DNA of 35,373 nt. Source: Octopus bimaculoides (Eukaryota). This document shows positions 1-9,993 of the stretch, one piece after another. The notes below the pieces were generated by a model. It saw only the letters and a program-made list of their open reading frames with translations. It had not been told where the DNA came from and did not search any database. The position numbers and the translations under genes are program-made. The stretch's first letter is position 1, and the number at the start of each line of letters is the position of its first letter. The DNA is taken from contig NC_068982.1 of assembly GCF_001194135.2 (NCBI RefSeq), positions 51,966,998-52,002,370 on the forward strand, read 5' to 3'.

Positions 1-21
1 TTCTGCCAGCTCGCCGCCTTA
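1..21 (-). mobile_element. Head end of a tRNA-derived SINE (family B, cut by the window edge)
   Basis: TTCTGCCAGCTCGCCGCCTT matches the head of the family-B copies at 11240-11459 and 12335-12542. Confidence 0.7.
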
Positions 22-430
22 AAAATGGATATTTATTAATGAGATTTTCTACAAATACTTTTCAAATGGTTCAGATTGCGATTATACCGGAATTTAATGT
101 GAGAAGAAAACAAAAAGAAAAACGGTGGGCGTGCACACATATTGACACACATCACGTAATTTATTCACAAGTTCGAGTTTCATTTTGTAGATATATGCGT
201 TGTGCGTGCACCCACCAGTTTTATTTTTGTGTTGGTTTTTTACATTAAATTTCGATATAATTGTAATCTACACCATCTGAAAGGTATTTGCAGAAAATTT
301 CATTTAAAAATATCCATGTTTCTGAAAGTTATGAGGAAACAAATTTGGAGGACACACTTGTGCAGGTATACCATTTTCTGTCAGTGGAACACGTTTTCGC
401 TCTTATTAGTTGTGATTATCCTCAGCGAAG

Positions 431-679
431 CATAGATTTCACTGTACTTGCCAAGATGGTTGCAATGGGAGATTCACAAAGTATATATTCAAGAATGTAC
501 AGTAGTAGGCGTAAAAATTTAGAATTGTCTAGACAACTATTGTTTTTTATGTTGTTGGCGCCTCTGTATAATTTATTATCTAACAATTCTAATTTTTTCT
601 AGCTTTCTTTTTGTACATTGCTATACATCTCATTAGTTATTCTCCCATCACTGCTTTGACAAGTACAGTGAAATCTATG
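431..679. mobile_element. Fold-back MITE with long imperfect arms and CATAG termini (P-element-like terminal motif)
   Basis: Perfect 20-bp terminal IR CATAGATTTCACTGTACTTG (431-450) / CAAGTACAGTGAAATCTATG (660-679). Patchy complementarity (ATGGGAGA, AATGTACA, AAAAATT(T)AGAATTGT) continues inward for ~105 bp. No TSD seen. Confidence 0.7.
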
Positions 680-806
680 TTTTTTGGGTGACGATCATAA
701 TCATAATAAAACCGAAACCTATCCTGGGTTACCTCAAGTGTTTGCTGAAATACAGTATTAATCGGTGGCTAATACTGTTTCTTTGTTTTGGGGGTTTTTT
801 TTAACC

Positions 807-1232
807 TTTTTACTTGTTTCCGTCATTAGACTGCGGCCATACTGGGTTCTTTTTATCCTTTATTTTTTACTTGTTTCAGTCATTGCACTGCAGCCATATT
901 GGAGCATCTCCTTGAAGTATTAGTCGAACAAATCGGCCACTGTACTTAAGTTGTTGAAATCCGGTACTTATTTTATCTGGTCTCTTTTGTTGAACTGCTA
1001 AGAGTGAACAAATCAACACCAGTTGTCAGGCGGTAGAGGACACACACACACACACACACACACGACAAGCTTCCACAGTTTCCGTCAACTAAATTGACTC
1101 ACAAGATATTGGCCAGTCCGGGGGAGGGGGCTTAGTAGAAGACACCTGGCAGAGATGCCACGCAGTGGAACTGAACCCGAAACCACGTAGTTGCAAAACG
1201 AGCTTCTTAACTACACAGTAATGCCTACGCCT
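807..1232 (-). mobile_element. Octopus-type tRNA-derived SINE, family A (CA-microsatellite core), with a duplicated tail segment
   Basis: Contains TACTTGTTTCAGTCATT..GCGGCCAT tail (twice: ~807-849 and ~851 onward), (CA)n core, and GTAGAAGACACCTGGC..GCAGTGGAACTGAACCC head region. Homologous to 27093-27490. Confidence 0.8.
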
Positions 1233-1519
1233 AATTATTTTCCAGTTAATTTTTCAATGCTTCCTGTTTTAAGTATGTTAGCATTAATTTAAAACATCGA
1301 TACTTATGTAACTGACATCTGAAAGATGGAAGGTATAATTGACGTGTGGAAATTTGAACTCAGAGCGCTGAAGAACGTAACTGAATACGACAGGTTTTTG
1401 GCATTCCTTCTACTTATGATCCCAAACTGAATGTGGAAAATGATCGTAAAGAATCAGCATTAGACATTTATTTTGTTATTTTCTGTTATTTTATATATCA
1501 ATTTAAAGTGGTAAACTGG

Positions 1520-1720
1520 CAAAATCGTTATTGCGCCGGATGAAATGCATAGCAGCATTTCTCCGACCTTTACGTTCTGATTTCAAATTTCACCGCGGTC
1601 GACATAACCTTTCATTCTTTCAGGGTCGGTAAAATAAGTACCAGTCGAGTACTGGGGTCGATATAATCGACTGGCCCCTTCCCTCAAATATTCGGGCCTT
1701 ATACTGGAATTGATTATTGA
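1520..1720 (+). mobile_element. tRNA-derived SINE, family B (diverged)
   Basis: TTACGTTCTGATTTCAAATTTCACCGCGGTCGAC...TAAGTACCAGT..ACTGGGGTCGATATAATCGACT is the inverse of the 11240-11459 copy. Confidence 0.75.
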
Positions 1721-2081
1721 TATATTTTTTTAGAATCATAATCTCCATATTTCCAAACACAGAATCTTCCATCCCGAAAAAAAAAATAAATAAATAAGTC
1801 ATGCAGAAAAAAAACGGAGTGGGGGTGAAATAAAAAAAAGTTAGAAATGCTGTTATTTTTGACAAAATAGTAATTTCCGTTGTTGAAAACATAAATCCGA
1901 AGAAATGGCCGAATAGTGTGAATATTTCAATTTGAAGCTTGTGAAGTTTATTAAGCTTTTAAAATTTTTATCTTAAGTAATTTCTTTAAATTTTTGTTCT
2001 CTTTTCTTTAAGCCATATTTTTTGTGTATGTTGCATCATACACTCGGTGTCCCATCTGTAATACGGTCGCATTAGATACAA

Positions 2082-2820
2082 GTAACTTGGAGTAGAAGAG
2101 GTCTTTTGTGTCTTCCTCCGCATTGTTTGTAGGTGCATAACACACAATGATGAACACTTGCTGGAACCTGGACTCAAACCTGGCCGTGATGATGCGATCA
2201 GACACCGGTTCCCACTCCATCAGACTCCTTGCTGCTTCCTTCGACAACAGCAGTGCTACCCCAGCTTCATGCTGGTCCTCTTCATTGGCTTTACCCGAGT
2301 AGAGAAGTGTTTCGCCTGTCTCTAATTTGATCTCTCCGAAGGAGTTCCACCTTACTTCACACATGTCGAGTAGCGTGGGGTGATACTGGTGCACCTCCCT
2401 CACCGCTTGTGCGCACCTTCGTGTCTCTCGGAGTGTTCTCACATTCCAGGTTCCAAGAAAGATGGGCTTCTTCTGTTAGAGCAGCTTTGGACCGCCCTTC
2501 AAGGTTGTCCTCGGCTCTGTAGCTTCCTAATGGGTTTGGCTACAGCGCGTCACCAGTCTCCGGATCGGAACCCTGGTTCTCCCAAGAACTGAATTAGTGT
2601 TAAATGAACTGTTGTTAGTTTCTGTAACAAGTGTTTTTTTTTATTACGTGTATAGGATATTAGCCTATAGCACAACCCCCGAATCTGGAGGGCCGATGTG
2701 TATACTTTAGTCTGACTCCTCCTCTTCGACCAAACCAGCAAGGTTGAACCTACCAGGGGAACACGTCTCCCACTGGCACATGCTCTAAGGATCATAAGAG
2801 TACGCGAGCCTCCCCGTCAC
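2082..2820 (-). mobile_element. RTE-clade LINE 5' segment (5' UTR plus N-terminal AP endonuclease), inverted relative to the rest of the element
   Basis: Minus-strand translation GTWNVRTL...EVRW...LLYSG...HEAGVALLLS...RIITARF...IIVCYAPTN..KDLFYSKL gives APE motifs. About 350 bp of 5' UTR lies upstream on the same strand. Confidence 0.9.
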
Positions 2821-4587
2821 GTCAATGAAGTGGTTGACGAAGCGGTAACAGTAGCGTGGAAAGGAGACTTGATGGCACTATATGCAACAATAAGGTTACT
2901 GAGTGGAAGGAGAGGCAACCCCGTCAGACCACTAAGGGACAATGCTAACTTCCGTTGAGGACCAACTGGCGAGATGGAAGGAACACTTCTAAGAAACACT
3001 TAATCGCCCTCCACCTCAAGATCCGCCAGAATTGGGGCCAGGGATCCCGCTCAATATCCACATTGGAGAAATCAACAAGCCAGAAATCCGCAAAGCCGTG
3101 AAGAGCTCAAAGAACAGAAAGGCGACAGGAGTGGACGGCATACCAGCAGAGGCACTGAAGGCAGGAAGAGAAGAGATGATCGATCATATGCACCATGTGC
3201 TGAACCTGGTATGAACGACAGAGATCTCAACCGACTGGAAGAAGGGTCTTTTGGTGAAGCTGCCGAAGAGTGGGGATTTATAACAATGCGAAAAGTGGAG
3301 AGGAATTACTTTGCTTTCCATTCCAAGCAAAGTCCTTACAAGAATCATCTTGGAGCGATTGAAAGATGCCATTGACAAGCAACTCAGAGATGAGCAGGCA
3401 GGTTTCAGAAAGGAGAGATCATGTATGGACCAGATTGCGACGCTCATAGTCATCGTGGAGCAGACAATGGAATGGAAGTGTGCTTTGTCGACTTTGAAAA
3501 AGCATTTGACAGCGTAGACAGGTAGACAATCTGGGACATCTTACGACACTATGATATGCCAGAGAAGATCGTGGGTATTATTCGATTACTCTACTAGTAG
3601 TTTTCTTGCCAGGTCATCCATGCTGGGAGATTGTCAAAGGAATTCAGGGTCAGCACGGGAGTCAGACAGGGCTGTTTGTTGTCACCGTTCATGTTCCTCG
3701 TCGTGCTGGTATGGGTCATCAGGACGGCCTACGCTATCTCCGGGAAAGGTATTCAGTGGACACTGATGAACAAGCTGAAAGACGTGGACTACGCAGATGA
3801 TCTCGCGCTACTGTCACATCGCCTGCAAGAATGCAAGATAAGGTAGACCGTCTGAGAGAAACTTCACGGCGAGTGGGTTTGAGGATCAGCCAGGAGAAGA
3901 CAAAAGTGTTGCGTATCAACAACAAGCAGGAAGAGCCAATCACAATCGAGGGGGCACCTGTGGAAGAAGTTAGTGAGTTTGTCTATCTTGGAAGCAAGAT
4001 CAGCAAATCAGGTGGATCAGACGAGGACATCACTGCAAGAAGCAAGAAGGCTTGGCAAGCCTTCGCTATTCTTCGGCCGGTATGGAAGTCCACTGCCATC
4101 TCAACTAGAACTAAACTCCACTTATTTAGTTCAAACGTAAAATCTGTGCTTTTGTATGGCTCTGAAACATGGAGAGCCGCCTGCAGCAACTACAAGAAGA
4201 TCCAGACCTTCATCAACAAATGTCTCCAGCAGATCCTCCATCTGAAGTGGTTCGACAGAGTGCCAAACACCGACCTGGGAGAAAGGGCCAACCAGGATCC
4301 CATACATGTTCAGATTAGACGAAGGAAATGGAGATGGAACGGACATACTGCGGAAAGTACCCTCAAATGTGACACGACAAGCACTTGACTGGAACCCGCA
4401 GGGGAAAAGGAAGCGAGGGCGCCCGAAGCAGACATGGAAGTAGAGCATTTTGGACGAGCTCATGACCACCGGCCTGACATGGGAAGCAGCCAAGAAACAC
4501 GGCAATGACCACAAAAAGTGGAAAATAATTGTTGAGGCCCTATGCTCCACAAGGGGAAAAAAGGATTAAGAAGAAGAAGAAGAAGAA
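2821..4587 (+). mobile_element. RTE-clade LINE 3' segment (linker, reverse transcriptase, C-terminus, (AAG)n tail), disrupted by stops and frameshifts
   Basis: Motifs KATGVDGIPAE, LLSIPSKVLTRII, EQAGFRKERSCMDQI, FVDFEKAFDSVD (frameshifted), GVRQGCLLSPFMF, DYADDL (3781-3804), [38 protein letters not shown]. Stop at 4567-4569 followed by (AAG)n. Confidence 0.95.
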
Positions 4588-5146
4588 CGTCCTATACACC
4601 TGCATATAAAGATATCAAAACTCCAAAGTAATCCGTTACTGGATTATAATTAATTCCTCTAAAATCAGCGTTACGACTTCATTATTTTCCCTTTTGTAAA
4701 AAGAATTCACATGTAAGGCGTCTTACGGATTTATAATCCTACTTCATATTTGTGAGCGTTAGAATCTAGCTGCAATTTCCAACTTGTTCGGCAACTTATC
4801 CGAACTTAACGTCTAAATTTGTATATCAACAGTAATACGATTGTAAACAACAAAGTTGCATTGTTATAATGAATGTATTGTGCAAAAATTTAACGTATTT
4901 TACAGGACAAAGTGCAGGGGGGGGGGGGGAAATATATAAATAAAGCTGTAATTATTTTTAGTTGACACATAAAAATAAAAATAGTGTCTCAAAAACTAAC
5001 ACAAAAGGAAAATTGTTAATGATGCTCAGGAAAATACTAAAAAAAAAAGAAATAAAAGAGATAAGATAAAAAGATAAATATATAAAAAAAAAACCGATTG
5101 GCACGTTGGCATTTGGTAGTTACATGCAGAAAATTGTATTCATATA

Positions 5147-5311
5147 AGGCGTGGATATGTGGTAAGATGTTTGCTTCCCAACCACATAGCTCCGGGTTCA
5201 ATCTGGTTCCTTGGGCAAGTGACTTCTGAGGCAATAGCCTTGGGTCGACCAAAGCCTTATGATTGGATTTGTTAGACGGAAACGGAATGAAGCCCACCGT
5301 GTGAGTGTATG

Positions 5312-5355
<44 letters not shown>

Positions 5356-5535
5356 ATGTTTAGCGGCATTTTGTCCGTCTTCACGTTCAGAGTTCAAATT
5401 CCGCCGAGGTTGACTTTACTTTTCATCCTTTTGGCGTCCATAAAATAATTACCAGCTGAGCACTGAAATTGATGAAATCGACTTGCCGTTCCCCACCTCC
5501 AAATTGCTGGCCTTGTGCCAAAATTTGAAACGAAT
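5147..5535 (+). mobile_element. Chimeric SINE pair: family A head half plus (TA)/(CA) tract, joined to a family B body
   Basis: AGGCGTGGATATGTGGTAAG..CCCAACCACAT..GGGTTCAAT head; after the microsatellite, TTCACGTTCAGAGTTCAAATTCCGCCGAGGTTGACTTT (family B). Confidence 0.75.
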
Positions 5536-6015
5536 ATACTTCCGAAATTGAATATACCGACATCCGAACGAAAAACTAAATCTCTCAGATTCGCTAATTT
5601 GTTTACCGAAGTCCATTTTAACCAATATACAACAAACGACTCAGACATGTAGGTTAATGGCTAGACTAATTAATAATTTAATATCTATGTTCTCTGATAA
5701 GTTCCTATGCTTCGTTGATAAATCTGTTTTATTCATTAAAAGCTGATTATACCCTATTGTGTGTTATTGATTAAAAAAGTTGAACAAATCTGACTCATCT
5801 GAAGTTAAATGTTTGTCCGAAAGGAAATAAAATGAATTCAACTCATAAATTAGCTTAAACATAACAGTGACAATGGTAAAAGATGCAATATCAACATACA
5901 ATAGAGGTAGCATACAAAGATCAATAAACAGATACAGGTCTCCTTGGTGATGATTTGTGAGGCACAAACACTAACCGGGAAAACGAATTTCCTGTTGAAA
6001 ATACATAAAACAATA

Positions 6016-6300
6016 TCTTTTATCTTTTACTTGTTTCAATCAATGGACTGCGGCCATGCTGGGGCACCACCTTGAAAGGTTTAATCGAACAAATTGATTC
6101 CAGTGCCTATTTTTTAAAAATTCTACCGGTCTCTATCGCCGAACCGGTAAGTTGCGATGACGTAGGCAAACCAATACTGTTTCCGTCTACAATATATATT
6201 CACAAGGCTTTAGTCGGCGCGGAGCTATAATAAAAGACACTTGCCCAAAGTGCTACGCAGTGGGAATGTACCCAGGTTTCTTACCACACAGCCGCGCCTT
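6016..6300 (-). mobile_element. SINE family A (internally shortened)
   Basis: TTTATCTTTTACTTGTTTCAATCAATGGACTGCGGCCATGCTGGGGCACC ... AAGACACTTGCCCAAAGTGCTACGCAGTGGG. Confidence 0.8.
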
Positions 6301-6939
6301 ATTTTCGTCGATTTCCGAGGTGCAAAATATCATTTTAAGCAGAAACCTTGAATCTGTATTAGGTTTCTAAAATTATATACTTTTCAGTTATGAATCCTGA
6401 AATACATGACGAGGTAACGTGAAGCTACAGGAAAAACTATCAGCGATCCAGTCTAATCGATAAGTGGTTGAAGCTAATTCATTCAATTAAACGCCTTTGA
6501 GAAATACATTAACACTGACTCACTCACTTCCTCCTGTATAAATTTACTTCATGGTGTTATCAATGATAAATCACAAATAAGAATCAAAAGATATTAGTCG
6601 AAATGTATTTCCCTTTTTCTTTGTTATTTTGGATACCGACTTGAATTTTTAGTCGACTCCAGTGCATTTTTTTTTTAACCTGGTAATTATTCTATCGGTC
6701 TCTTCTTTTCTGTAAATTCGTCTGTGAGACGAGCTAAAGAATTTTAACGTTTCAGACAGGCCCTTTGGAAACAAAAGAATATTTTATGCGGTACCTTTGG
6801 TTGAAACAACTTATTATTTATATAATACAAGTATCCCTCATGTTACGGAAGTTTTGAGGTAACCTAAAATTGTGTAACACGAAATTTCTTTCTTTCATGT
6901 AACATGAAAATTAATGTTTTCACTGTACGAAGAAGTCAA

Positions 6940-7317
6940 GGTAAGTTTCTGTATTAACACCCACACGATTTTCACTAAGGGAAAAAAAAAAAAATCGGAT
7001 TATTTTTCCTTAGTGAAAATCGTGCGGGTGAAAAGATCAATGGGAGTGGGGAGTGAAATTTCTGAGGCTTCCACTTCACCTCACCCCGTTTTTCGCACCG
7101 CCAAAAGGGTTTTGTAGCATATTTGGTCACAGGAATTCATTCAACGAAAAAAAAATTTCCAATGATTCCGAGATGGAGGGGTTCCCCCTCCCCCTTTTCC
7201 GAACCAAAATAAGGGATTTGCAGCATATTAGGAGGTCAGGGTACTTGATTCCACGCAAAAAATCCGAGTTTTTATTTTCTTAGTGTAATCGTGCGGGTGT
7301 TAATACAGAAATTTACC
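6940..7317. mobile_element. Non-autonomous TIR element with GGTAA termini (Merlin-like terminal motif) and an extra internal inverted TIR copy
   Basis: Left GGTAAGTTTCTGTATTAACACCCACACGATT...TCGGAT (6940-7000) is complementary to ATCCGAG...AATCGTGCGGGTGTTAATACAGAAATTTACC (7262-7317). A third partial copy lies at 7003-7030. No TSD found. Confidence 0.75.
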
Positions 7318-8321
7318 AAAGAGAGCTGTTATTTCCAGTTATGGGTAACCGTACATGGGCGTGTGAGTTTATATTTACAGTGTAAAAACTAGTATAATTA
7401 AATTGTAAACATAAACGTTACACGCAGACTACAGACTTTTTTTGTTTTGTCATGTTTTACATTTCAATAAAATAAAAATTAATGTGACAATATAATTGAT
7501 TCGAGTAATTGCTACTTCGATTAATTCTTTTTTCGGTCAACAGCTTTCGATTAAATGCATTTTGACCAATTTCCCGCAAGCCGTAAATAGGATAGCGTAG
7601 AGGTAAGAAAAACATGCTACAGAAGTGCAGTAAAAGCCGCCAATATTTCGTTAATTCATAGTGTTGAGTTTTAACTAGTCTTTTCTGAGAAGAGTTTGTA
7701 AAAAGAGATCCTTTTTGGTTTAACTACCTCTCCAAATTCTATTTAAAATTTCGACATAGATATAGTTTTTCACGCCAATTACTGAAATTTTAGTTAATTT
7801 ATTCTGGAAAGTTCCAAGGGTTTTGTGAGTGTTGGGGTTGTTTGGGAATCACAACAAATTATTTTTAGAGAAACTAATGATATAAACGTTATAAAACAAA
7901 ATCTTTAAAAACGAGAACATTTAACAGAAGGAAACAACGTTTGCAATAAAATTTTGCAGTGCGTCACAAGCCTTAAAACTAAATCCTAATCTTCAATTAT
8001 TTGCTCTGAGTATTATATATAAAAATAACATTGTGTATGGAATGGGATGTCGAAAACGGCTTTAACTGATCGGTTAAAATTACAAAAAAAAAAATAAATA
8101 ACTCCCATCTTTAAAAGTTCGTGACTTTCAAATATATATATATGTATATATATATGGTTTTCGTAATCAGTATAAAAGACTACACAGTTGTGTAGAAATT
8201 TTCAATGAAATTGGAAGAGGTAGCTCAAACCGAAAATATCCTGAAAAGTTGAGTTCCAGTTATGGAACTTCGTGATCACTGGCGCATCACATTTGGAAGT
8301 GAACATCGCGTGATTACTTAA

Positions 8322-8537
8322 CCCTTTAGCTTTTAAACCGGCCTTATCCGGCCAGAATATTCTGTTTTGTCTTCAAAGTGGTTAGCTTTGGCCGCTCACA
8401 CTTCCGCTACAATATTACTTCAAAAATAAACAATCACATGATTGAAATCTCAAAGTTACAAGGTAATGCATGACTAACTCAAATCAATGTGAATAATTAA
8501 GTATTATATTTAACAGAGAAATCTGAATGCGGAAGGG
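8322..8537. mobile_element. piggyBac-type MITE
   Basis: TTAA|CCCTTT...GAAGGG|TTAA (TTAA at 8318-8321 and 8538-8541). A second partial copy lies at ~26998-27092. Confidence 0.75.
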
Positions 8538-8551
8538 TTAAATGTAGCTGA

Positions 8552-8851
8552 CAGAAGCGTAGCAAGGTAGGGGCGATAAGGAACAATCGTCTCCGAGCGT
8601 AGGTGTTTCCTGTGGCCTACTTTTCCTGGGAGTGTCAAAAGTATTTTTGCCACTAGGGTTGCTGGCGCCCCGGAGAAGCTGAACTTCGGTGTGTACAAGC
8701 TGATGGTCGTGGAAAATTCTTTGTCTTTGTCACGCCCTCTTTGGCGTGACAAAGAGGGCGTGACAAAGACAAAGAATTTTCCACGACCATCAGCGTAACA
8801 CATGGCGACCCGGGCGACTACTCGAGTTGCCGGTACCTTGAGCCAGCCCTG
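8552..8851. mobile_element. GC-rich hAT-like non-autonomous element containing a perfect 45-bp hairpin
   Basis: Ends CAGAAGCGTAGCAAGG... and ...CCTTGAGCCAGCCCTG resemble CAG-initiated hAT-type MITE ends. No TSD seen. Hairpin at 8699-8794. Confidence 0.4.
8699..8794. repeat. Perfect inverted repeat, 45-bp arms, 6-nt loop
   Basis: GCTGATGGTCGTGGAAAATTCTTTGTCTTTGTCACGCCCTCTTTG (8699-8743), loop GCGTGA, exact reverse complement at 8750-8794. Confidence 0.97.
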
Positions 8852-9194
8852 TTGCTACCAACTGCTGAGAACTCTTGCTGTGTCACCGAGTGAGGTTGGT
8901 GATGGTAAGAAAAATGTTGGGTATACTTTTTCCCTTTGAAGTAACAACAGATTCATTTACATATATCACGAGATATAATATATACTTTCATATTTTTCAT
9001 TTTTTTTCTTTATTTCGTTTTCCTATCGTGTAATTTGCAACAAATCCCATCCTTTACCACGCTTGAATGATTTGAATACAATGAGTTTTCTTTTATTAAA
9101 TATGTCAGCTATCTCAGCTATTGTCGTTGTCAATCCCAAGGTATTTTAAAACCTTTCCTTTTACACCTTCTCAGTTTACCGTTTGTTTATATTT

Positions 9195-9425
9195 ATTTTT
9201 TTTGTTTCAGTCATTAGACTACGACCATGATGGGGCACCGCATTGAAGAAGTTTTAGTCGAATGAATCGACTTATTTTTTAAAGCCTGGTACTTATTCTA
9301 TCGGTAACTTTTGCCGAACTGCTAAGTTACGGAGATGTAAACACACCAACACCAATTGTCAAGCGGTGATGGAACACACACACACACACACACACGACGG
9401 GCTTCTTTAACTTTTCGTCTACCAA
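9195..9425 (-). mobile_element. SINE family A, tail half
   Basis: GTTTCAGTCATTAGACTACGACCATG..GGCACC, GGTACTTATTCTATCGG, (CA)n, ACGACGGGCTTCTTT. Confidence 0.8.
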
Positions 9426-9607
9426 CCCTGGACAACATTAATCATTACGTCTTTCTCTGGAAGGAGCTAGAGGAAATTTAGCTGCTACTTCTAGTAGGCT
9501 GGGGGAGGGTAGTCAAGAGCAAACTGCGATCCGCAGGACTTTCTGAATGGCAGGCCCGACGAAAAATTGCTTTGAATTTTTTTTTAGTAGCACGACCTAC
9601 TTCTCGA

Positions 9608-9993
9608 GTGGAGGCGCAATGGCACAGTGGTTAGGGCAGCGGACTCGCGGTCATAGAATCGCGGTTTCGATTCCCAGACCGGGCGTTGTGAGTGTTTATT
9701 GAGCGAAAACACCTAAAGTTCCACGAGGCTCCGGCAGGGGATGGTGACGAACCCTGCTGTACTCTTTCACCACAACTTTCTCTCACTCTTACTTCCTGTT
9801 TCTGTTGTGCCTGTAATTCAAAGGGTCAGCCTTGTCACACTGTGTCACGCTGAATATCCTCGAGAACTACGTTAAGGGTACACGTGTCTGTGGAGTGCTC
9901 AGCCACTTGCACGTTAATTTCACGAGCAGGCCGTTCCGTTGGTCGGATCAACTGGAACCCTCGACATCGTAAGCGACGGAGTGCCAACAACAA
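9608..9993 (+). mobile_element. Full-length tRNA-derived SINE, family C (Ceph-SINE/OR2-like), with 11-bp TSD
   Basis: A box TGGCACAGTGG, B box GGTTTCGATTCC, (CAA)n tail. TSD CTACTTCTCGA at 9597-9607 and 9994-10004. Confidence 0.92.

Noticed and set aside
288-602. 104-aa ORF (MQKISFKN...) as a gene or exon
   Set aside because: It runs across the boundary of the 431-679 fold-back element, and I recognise no protein family.
6388-6413. 26-bp plus-strand micro-exon (TTTTCAG|TTATGAATCC...GAG|GTAACG)
   Set aside because: Splice-like signals this short arise often by chance in AT-rich DNA, and no partner exons were identified.
6940-6946. Perfect splice donor CAAG|GTAAGT
   Set aside because: It is explained as the terminus of the TIR element, mirrored at 7311-7317.
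7958-8281. Possible hAT MITE with CAGTG...CACTG ends
   Set aside because: The terminal match is short and gapped, and there is no TSD.
9608-9685. tRNA gene
   Set aside because: A and B boxes are present, but it continues into a SINE body with tail and TSD; it is a SINE head, not a full cloverleaf.
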